From assembly GCF_003231495.1 (NCBI RefSeq), contig NZ_PQWO01000001.1:300001-332000 (forward strand): DNA of 32,000 bases, given 5' to 3'. The translations under genes and the position numbers were made by a program. A model generated the notes under the pieces. That model searched no databases. It was not told where the DNA came from and worked only from the letters and a program-made list of their open reading frames with translations. Source of the stretch: Acaryochloris thomasi RCC1774 (GTDB taxonomy: Bacteria > Cyanobacteriota > Cyanobacteriia > Thermosynechococcales > Thermosynechococcaceae). Of the stretch, positions 1-8,400 are shown piece by piece (within the stretch, counting starts at the first letter, position 1; each line of letters opens with the position of its first letter).

Positions 1-413
1 AGAACAGTCAAATTTTCGTCTGCACGGGTAAAGCTGAGCTTTCGAGTCGCAGCCGCTGGTGTCACGTCCCATTCATCCAGAACAGTTTGGACAAAGTCAT
101 TGAGTTCCAGCAGCTGTCGGTTGAGTGACTGATATTTTGAGTAGTTGAGGATGCTATTAAGTAGCTCTCCAAGGTGATCGACCTCTGAGATCGCTAAATC
201 CAATCGCTCTTGAGAGCTGGGCTGCAGTTCTAGAGACTGAAAATGGTCTAGCGCCATCATCAGTGTGGTGAGCGGATTGCGCAGCTCATGCACCATCATG
301 GCTGAGAATGCACCCAGATCGGCCAGTCGCTGATGATGATAGACCTGCTCTGGATCCATCACCTGCTGTCTCGTCGCAAGCTGAGGGGCAATAGAGGGTT
401 TTATGCTAGACAT
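1..413 (-). CDS. Histidine kinase, N-terminal part only (gene continues past the left edge). It begins almost directly with the DHp/HisKA helix, with no TM or sensor domain.
   Basis: Manual minus-strand translation from ATG 413..411 gives MSSIKPSIAPQLATRQQVMDPEQVYHHQRLADLGAFSAMMVHELRNPLTTLMMALDHFQSLEL... The H-box HELRNPL lies about 43 aa from the start. The frame stays open to position 1. It is absent from the ORF track because it is truncated by the window edge. Confidence 0.7.
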   Translation of the reverse strand, partial: MSSIKPSIAPQLATRQQVMDPEQVYHHQRLADLGAFSAMMVHELRNPLTTLMMALDHFQSLELQPSSQERLDLAISEVDHLGELLNSILNYSKYQSLNRQLLELNDFVQTVLDEWDVTPAAATRKLSFTRADENLTV

Positions 414-443
414 AATTTCTCTCACTAGGATCCAAATAAATAT

Positions 444-587
444 TCAAGCGGGAGCGAGGAGGCTGAAGTTCATATTGGGAGCTGAAGCAGATGCTTTGGC
501 TGCAATGGCGGCTGGTTCTGCAGCGGCGGTTGGCCCCGTTGTGATCATCAATAGAGCAGCAATGCCTGGAGAGAAGAAGCGATGCAT
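444..587 (-). CDS. Possible unannotated 47-aa small protein with a Sec-signal-like N-terminus
   Basis: ATG at 587..585 and TGA at 446..444, below the ORF-track size cutoff. Translation: MHRFFSPGIAALLMITTGPTAAAEPAAIAAKASASAPNMNFSLLAPA. A GGAG lies about 10 nt upstream of the ATG. There is a hydrophobic core followed by an AAA motif. The composition is Ala-rich, so it could be a GC-driven artefact. Confidence 0.25.
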   Translation of the reverse strand: MHRFFSPGIAALLMITTGPTAAAEPAAIAAKASASAPNMNFSLLAPA

Positions 588-690
588 AGGAAGTCAGCTC
601 CGTGTGGGTGGGTGGACGAAAAGAAATGCTTGCGTCAATCCTACAAAATTGGCCTTCGCACTCTCTGAAAAATCTGCGAGGAACAGAAAA

Positions 691-1596
691 TTAGACCCAT
701 TGGCTGTGAAGCTGAGGGGGGATCCCTACACTATGGACTGATAATGGCGGGATAGAACACTTGTTGCGATAGGTCTTGGGGGTGGTGCCGGTGAACCGAC
801 GGAACTGAACGATGAAGTGACTTTGATCATAGAAGCCGCACTCTAAGGTAATGTCGGCAATGGATAGATCCGTTTCAGCTAACAGCTGCTTTGCTAAGTT
901 GATCCGCTGCGAGAGAATGTATTGATGGGGCGATTGGCCCACGGCATCTTTGAAGACGCGGGAAAAATGAGAGGGGCTCACGCCATAGATATCGGCAAGA
1001 TCGGCAATTTTGAGGTTTTCGTCAATGCATCGATGAATATGGTTGAGAACAGGAGCTAGCTTTGAAATCGCAACCCCTCCCTCAGATCCAATGGGTACAA
1101 TATCAGCCTGGGCATATTTGGCAATCAAGTGAACCGCGAGTAGCTTGACCAGCATCGTGCGATATAGATTAGAGACCGAGCAACGCTCAGTCAGCCAAGG
1201 CCGGAGCATCTGAGCGACAGAGCGGATTGTTTCATCTTCGAGAGCATAGTGACCGGTGAGACTCCAGTGAGGGCTGCGCAGCACCTCATGGGTTGTACGG
1301 ACGATGAACTGAGGGTCTAAAAAAATCTGCATCAGTTCACTCGGTTCAGCAAGCTGAAGGGCATGGGACTGCTGAGCCGGAATGATACATACTTGCTCAG
1401 GACAAAGCATTTCTTGTTGCTGATCTTGGGCCTCCTGCCACGTCAGGTTTGCGACAGTCCTGCCGAAAGGCACTAAGATTTCGACCTGCTCATGACACTC
1501 TTGCGGCCAGTCTGTCGGTGCTGCGGCACAGTAAAAAATACTGTAGCCGTCAAATTCATAGGTCTCTGAAGACTGTGGTGGAGGGGTGTCAGTCAT
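691..1596 (-). CDS. AraC-family transcriptional regulator (N-terminal cupin-like domain plus C-terminal double HTH)
   Basis: 301-aa ORF. The C-terminus IADLADIYGVSPSHFSRVFKDAVGQSPHQYILSQRINLAKQLLAETDLSIADITLECGFYDQSHFIVQFRRFTGTTPKTYR is the classic AraC/XylS HTH_18 signature. Confidence 0.9.
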   Translation of the reverse strand: MTDTPPPQSSETYEFDGYSIFYCAAAPTDWPQECHEQVEILVPFGRTVANLTWQEAQDQQQEMLCPEQVCIIPAQQSHALQLAEPSELMQIFLDPQFIVRTTHEVLRSPHWSLTGHYALEDETIRSVAQMLRPWLTERCSVSNLYRTMLVKLLAVHLIAKYAQADIVPIGSEGGVAISKLAPVLNHIHRCIDENLKIADLADIYGVSPSHFSRVFKDAVGQSPHQYILSQRINLAKQLLAETDLSIADITLECGFYDQSHFIVQFRRFTGTTPKTYRNKCSIPPLSVHSVGIPPQLHSQWV

Positions 1597-1780
1597 GGCT
1601 AGCCAGATGAAGCAATGAACCTATCCTAGAGATATTGCTCTCCGGCCACGACTAGCCAGAAGCCTGACTTTTTACACAGTCACCAGTAGGGAGCTATCTC
1701 TACTGGGTAAGCGGGTGGCATCCATAGCGATGGGTGGGGAGGCACCCTAACCGATCGGCTAGGTTGACAGGCGTTGACTG

Positions 1781-2419
1781 CTAGTCATCTAGACGCACAA
1801 GGCCCCGGCGCAGTGCGGCAATCACAGCTTGGGTACGGTCGTTGACGCCCAGCTTCTGAAAAATATGGTTGATGTGAAACTTGACGGTTCCCTCAGAGAT
1901 GTTGAGAGCTTTGGCAAGGGCGGGGGTGCTGGTGCCTAACACCATCAGATTGAGAACGTCCTGTTCTCGTTCAGTTAACTCTTCGGTATCCATTCGCTCA
2001 GCCAGTTTGAGAGCGACGTTTGGAGGCAGGTAGCGTTTGCCTTTGTGAACTGTACGAACGGCATCGACGAGATCTTCAAAATCAGCATCCTTAAGAATGT
2101 AGCCTCTGGCTCCGGCCTGCAGCCCTCGGTAGATATCTTCGTCGGTGTCGTAAGTGGTGAGAATAATAATGCGAGCGTCGGGGCTGTATTCCCGAATACG
2201 GGTAATGGCTTCGACCCCTTCTAGGTTGGGCATCCGAAGATCCATGAGGGTGATGTCGGGCTGATGGGTGGCATAGAGGGCGACGGCTTCGAGGCCATCC
2301 TTGGCTTCGGCAACAATGGTAAAGTCGGGCTGGCGCTCCAGGATGGAGATGATGCCTTGACGAACGATGCCATGATCTTCAGTGACCATAATCGTGATGG
2401 GAGTTGCGGCAGTCGTCAT
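1781..2419 (-). CDS. NarL/FixJ-type response regulator (REC plus LuxR-type HTH)
   Basis: 212 aa. REC motifs are present: TEDH, ITLMDLRMPNLEG (acceptor Asp), IIILTTY and GYILKD. The C-terminal segment LTEREQDVLNLMVLGTSTPALAKALNISEGTVKFHINHIFQKLGV is a LuxR HTH. The start lies 17 nt after the stop of the HisKA_3 kinase. Confidence 0.95.
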   Translation of the reverse strand: MTTAATPITIMVTEDHGIVRQGIISILERQPDFTIVAEAKDGLEAVALYATHQPDITLMDLRMPNLEGVEAITRIREYSPDARIIILTTYDTDEDIYRGLQAGARGYILKDADFEDLVDAVRTVHKGKRYLPPNVALKLAERMDTEELTEREQDVLNLMVLGTSTPALAKALNISEGTVKFHINHIFQKLGVNDRTQAVIAALRRGLVRLDD

Positions 2420-2436
2420 AGGGGCAAAGCTCTAGG

Positions 2437-5400
2437 TTACGGGGATAGAGGGATAACAATATCGAGGGTGGTACCAATATTTGGGGTGCTGAGTAGTTCA
2501 AAAGTGCCCTCAAAGTGGGCGGTACGTTCACGAATACCCAAGAGACCAAAGCCACCTTTTTGGGAAAGTTGGGTAGTGTCGAAGCCCTTGCCATTGTCTA
2601 TGACGCGGAGCTGAACTTGTTGTTGATTGGGTTGTGAGGTGAAACTCAGGGTAAGGTCAAGCTGAGTGGCTTGGGCGTAGCGTAGGGTATTGGTAACGGC
2701 TTCTTGGCTGATACGTAGCAGGTTGAGTTGAATATCATCCGGAAGGGGAATGGGATCACCTTCGAGATAAAAATGGGTTTCGAGGCCCGTGTCACGGGTC
2801 GTTTGGGTTAGGGTTTTGCGGAGGGCATCGGGAAGGGCATCGGTTTCTAGGGCGGCGGAGCGAAGAGAACGGACGGAGCGGCGCGCTTCAGAGAGTCCGG
2901 CACGGGCAAGGTCACGAGCGCGCCGGATATAGGTTTGGGCTTCATTGAAGTCTTCGAGGGTGGGTTCTGCTCCGTTTGCGGGGGTGGTGATGCCACGCAC
3001 AGCTTCGAGCTGCAAGGAAACACCAGTAAAGGTTTGAGCCAGAGTGTCGTGAATTTCGCGAGCGAGACGGTTCCGTTCGTTGACAAGGGCCGCACTTTGG
3101 TTTTGCTCTGCCAAACGGGTGAGCTGAATCGCAAGGGTGGCTTGGTTGGTGAGGGCTTGAATAAACTCAAGCTGACCATCGGTGAGACTGGTGCGATCTC
3201 GGAAGGCGAAGCCGATGAATCCAATGGGTTGATTACCGGCTTTCATGCGGGCGCAAGCCACATCACGATGCCCCTCTCTACGATGCCAGGGTATGCTCTC
3301 TGGCCACCAAAGGCTAAGCTCGCTCTCGTCCCAAGAGCCTAAGTCATCGAAGGTTAAGGGATTTGGAGCATCCAATATGGCCTGCCATGCTCCGGTCAGA
3401 TCTGCCGGGAAGGGATGTCGAAACATATCAGGGTCGGTGGGAGTAGCCCCCATATAAATATGACCGTCCTTAACTGCACAATGCTGTTTAAGCGTATGGG
3501 TTTCAGCATCATAGAGAAAAAGGTGCGTCTCACAAGCGCTGGTTTGCTGGGCAAGTTCTGCCAAAAGCAATCCTAGAAATTCATGTAATTCAGGATTTTC
3601 CGCTAAGGCCCCAATGGTTCGATTCAGGGATTCGTTGGCTTTAGCGAGTTCGGTAGCCTGTTGTTGGGCTGCTTGTTCTCGTTCTTGCTGCAGTAGAACA
3701 TCGCGCTCAGCCTGTTCTCGTTCGGCCCTCATCTGATCTCGATAGATAGCGCTGCCGATGCAGGTGGCGGCGGTGTTGAATACGGCGAGTTCTGCTGGGG
3801 TCAACTGCCTCACTTCTTTACAGTGATCCATGAACATGAGGCCCCAAAACTCAGCCTCAACAAACATGGGTACAGCATAGGTTGAGAGGGTATTGAGTTC
3901 TTGCATGGTGCTGCGGAAGGGTTCGTCTAACTCAGCGACGAGCCCCCCGACCCAGTGGTCTGCCATGAGTTGTCTAGACCAGTTTTCAAACAGGTTGGCG
4001 GGAAGCTGATTGATCTCGGGGTCAACAATTTGAGGGAGAGTGTTGGGGGAGTCCCATTCGTAGAGAATGCGAAAGTATCCTAAGCCAGTAGGTTCTGAGA
4101 AGTGCTGCATGATGCCGATGCGATCGCAACCCAAGTTCACCCCAATGGTCTTAAGCGCAGCATCAACGCTGGCACCCACATCAGCATTAGCAAGCAACTC
4201 GCTGGCAGCCGCAGCAGTGGCGTCTAGCCAACGCTCTCGGGTCGAAAGAATTTGGTTGGCAGTTTCAAGTTCAACCGCACGGGCCGCACGTTCATGGGCG
4301 AGCAAAACTTCACGTTCAGCTGCTTCGTGGGCCTTTCGGGTCAGGAGTTCTGCTTGACGCAGCTGCTCGCGTTCAATAGCACCGCCAATGCAAGCAGCTG
4401 CCGTTTCTAGAGCTGCAAATTCAGCAGATATTCGTTGCGGGCTTCCCTGTCGATCAGAAAATCCTAGCATTCCCCAGTACTGCCCTGCGACAAAGATAGG
4501 AATACCATGCCTAACCTGAATGCCCGACTGAACTGAAAGTTGACGGAAAGCCTCAGGCATTTCATCTAGCGTGGCACTGAAGTTATGTCCTCGGCAAAGC
4601 AGTTGGTGCCATTCCCAAGCCTGAAGACAAGGTCCCTGCTCCAAAGGTTGCTCTGGGGTCGCTCGAGAGCCCCCTTGCTCAACGTCCCACTTGTACAAAA
4701 CAGCCCAGCGGAGAGAGGCCGGATCCTCAGGATCACCTGTCGTTTGTACAATGCCAAATTCATTGGTGTTGAGGGCTTCACCAACGGTTTGCAACACTAA
4801 GCTCACGGCTTGCTCAAAGTCTTCACTGGCGAGCAGAGAACTGGCCGCTGATGCCGTAGCCGCTAAAATGCGATCTCGCTTCTTGAGCACCAAATTATGA
4901 TTTTCGAGTTCAGTGGCGCGCAGGTTGGCTGCCGCTTCACGTTCTTTACGGGTCAGATCACGCTCAAGAGCGTTGCCGATTGAGGTAGCCGCCGTCTCTA
5001 AAACAGCAATTTCGGCCTCGCTCCAAACTCGCTCATAGATGCAGTCATCGAGTCCTAGTAAGCCCCACCATTCCCCTTCGACAGTGATGGGGACTCCGAC
5101 CAAGGAAAGCGCTTGGCCCTGGTCTCGTTTATCTAATCCATCAAGTTCGCTGGCTAGAAATTGGGTAGAGCGCCCTGCTTTGAGTGGGGCGGTTAGGTGG
5201 TCAGGGAATGCGTTGATGGGGACTGGGAATCGGCCACCCGCCTCCCGTTTTGTGGGAATGCCTGGAGCATTCCATTCGAGGGTGAGGTTGAAGATCAGTT
5301 CGTGGGTTTGCTCATCTTGTGAGTTTTGTAAGATATAGGCGCGGCATTGCCTTGTCCCTTCCCCTAAGATTTGCAGCATCGCGGGAAGAGCGGTGGAGAG

Positions 5401-8400
5401 ATCTTCGGTGGCAACTAGGCACTGGGCAGCAGCGTTAACGCTGTTGAGGAGACTGTCTCGCAGCTGTAGCTGCTGATTAAAGGTTTCCAGTTCAGTCGTG
5501 CGGGCTTGGGCAGCAGCTTCACGTTCTTTGCGAATGCGATCGCGGTCAATGGCGTTACCGATGCAGTCTGCCACCGTTTGCAGGGCAGCGAGTTCAGCGC
5601 TACTTCGCAGTCGTTGTTGGCGGCAGTCCCCAAACACGATCGTTCCCCAATAGTTGCCGCGCAGGATAATCGGAACGGAGTGTAAGGTTTGCACACCCAC
5701 AAAGGTCATGCTGCTGCGGAAGGGTTCTGTCATCTGCTCAGTTAACAGGCTAAATCCGTCTCCCCTTTGATGCAGGGCATAGAGCTGTTCGGCTCCGGCA
5801 TAGCTGCCCTGCATCGGCTCAGGATCGTGGATCTGAGCAACGGGTGTAATTCCAGGGGCTGTCCATTCATTAATGACGCGCCAGTGTCCTGGTTCTGTCT
5901 CAGTGAGATCTGCAAGATTTTCAGCAATGCCAACGCGATCGGTGCCCACGGCTTCACCAATGATTTGCATGGCTTCATTGAACGCTGTATCGAAGTCTAT
6001 GTCGGTGAGCAGGACATTTGAGACTGCTGCAGTGGCTTCCAGAATTAGATCACGCTCTTCTAAGGCTTGATTGTACGCCTCTAACTCTGTTGCTCGGATT
6101 AGAATAGCGGCCTCACGTTCTTTACGAATGCGATCGCGATCAATAGCATTACCAATACAGTTGGCGAGGGTTTTGAGAGCTTCGAGTTCAGCTTCACTGC
6201 GGCGAGTTAACTGGTGACAGTCATCAAAGGCAATTACTCCCCAAAAATTGTTGTCCACGTGGATGGGAATAGCGTAGGTAGACATAACGCCCAGCCCCAA
6301 TTGCTCGCTGCGAAAGGGTTCAGGTAGTTCATCAACGATGCCGCCAAAGGCATCTCCTCTTCGCAGAGCATCAACCGCAAATTCCATACCGCTGTCGCTG
6401 ATCCGTGCGAATGCAGGCAGATCCATTTGTCTGGGTGTGTTGTGGGTATTCCATTCATACAAGAATTGGTGATAGCCGGACTCTTGCTGAGAGATTGCTT
6501 CAAAATGCTCTCCCAAGTTGATGCGATCAACCTCTAGACCTTCACCGACAATTTGGAGGGCGGTATGGATGGCGCTGTCAAAGTCAATGGCTGTCAACAT
6601 CACGTTAGCAGCGGCGGCTGTCGCCTCTAGGATGCGATCGCGTTTCTCTAAAACTAAATTGTGGTTTTCCAACTCAACAGCACGAGTTTGGGCAAATTGT
6701 TCTCGCTCAAGTAATACATTCCGTTCGGCGGCTTCGCGAGCTTTGCGGATCTGTTCGCGTTCAATCGCGTTACCAATACAGCTTGCTGCCGTCTTGAATA
6801 CCGCTAGCTCCGCATCTGTTAGAAGTCTCTTTTCGCAGCAGTGATCAGTTCCAACGACCCCCCAAAAGCTACCTTCTACAAAAATAGGAATATTGTGTAC
6901 GGCCTGGGAGCCAACTTCTTGCTGCAGCTGTCGGAAACGTTCAGAGAAGTTATCGATTGTCTGCCCAAATGCCTTCCCATTAAGGTTGCGATAATACCAA
7001 TCTTCTATGCTCCAATCTTGCCAGCTGATATCCTGTAGACCTTCATAGTCAGACGTTTGTGAACTAATACCCGGTGAATCCCATTCGTACAGAATTCGCA
7101 AGAACCCGAGGGTTTCACCGACTGGATCATTGAATTGTTGAGCAACGAAAGCGCGATCGCATCCTACACTTTCGCCTAAGACTTGCAATGCTGAACTGAC
7201 TGCCGTATCAAAATCGCCATCACTGAGCAAGATATTTGAGGCCGTTGCTGTCGCTTCAAGGATGCGATCGCGTTTCTCTAAAACCTGATTGTGTGTTTCT
7301 AGCTCAGTGGCGCGCGTTTGAGCGAACTGTTCACGCTCTTTGATCACTGCTGTTTGTTTCGTTTCTTCAGCAAGCTGAGCCATTTGAATGGCAAGACCAG
7401 CTTGATCTGCAAGAGCGAAGATCAGTTCTTTCTCTTCAGGGGTAAGACTGTTTTTATCCGTGAAAGCTAAACCTAGCCAGCCGATCGCTCGATCGCCTGC
7501 TCTAAGGGCCAGTGCTGCCGCCTCTTGATGCCCCATCTGACGATGCCATTCCAAGGTTCCTGGCCAGAAGAGTGGCTCATCACTATTCATGCTAGCTAGG
7601 ATGATTTCCCTTGACTCACACATTAGGGCGTATGCAGGTGTGATGTTTGCAGGCACAGGAGCATGAAAAATTGGAGGGTCATGTTCAGCAGAGCCAGTTG
7701 TCATTTGGCCAAATCTGACGGATAGTCGCTGAGACAAAGTATCTGTCTTTGGATCGTGGAGAAAAATATGGCCTGCTGCTGCGCCAACTTGCTGGTTAAT
7801 CGTATCGACGACATGGCCCAAGAACACATCCAAATCATGTTCACTGGCTAACCGATTGAGGCTGTCTTTGAGAACGTTGCTGACCTGAGATAGCTCAATG
7901 GCCCGTTGCTGGGAGATGCGATCGCGTTCTTCAAGCAACGCTACCCGTTTAGTTTCTTCTGACAACTGGGTTAGCTGGATGGCCAAACTCATTTGGTGGG
8001 CCAGCGCGTAGCCCAGCTCAATTTGTTCATCGCTGAACTGCTGCGACTGGGGCAGATAAATCACCAGTGACCCAAAGGACGTTCCTCCCAAAGTCACCGG
8101 AATATTGACCTCCCGATGGGGCCGTACTCCCTGACGTTCGCACCAGCGCAACAACCTTGGATATACCTCAGCAACTAAGGGATCAGCCGCCAAATCATCA
8201 ATTAAGAAATGAGTGAGCCGTTCCTGAAGTTGCTCCTCATTGACCAGTTCTGACAGCACGGCAAACCCTTCAAGGCCAGGGTGCCCAGCCAGTTGCTCAG
8301 CAGTTGCAATTTCTCCCTGAACTGCAGCCTGCTCTATGTAGGCCACACTTTGTTCACTATGATGCCAATATTCAACTAAGGGCGCATTAAACTGCTGCGA

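Noticed and set aside
403-741. 112-aa plus-strand ORF (MLDIISLTRIQ...AEADALAAMAAGSAAAVG...)
   Set aside because: It is Ala/Gly-rich low-complexity sequence with no RBS and no recognisable motif. It overlaps the 3' end of the AraC gene and the 5' end of the kinase on the opposite strand. It is most likely a GC-driven shadow ORF.
1683-1706. A 7-bp hairpin (ccagtag...ctactgg) between the NarL regulator and the AraC gene, considered as a terminator
   Set aside because: There is no U-tract on the transcribed (minus) strand and the loop is 10 nt, so the evidence is insufficient to call a terminator.
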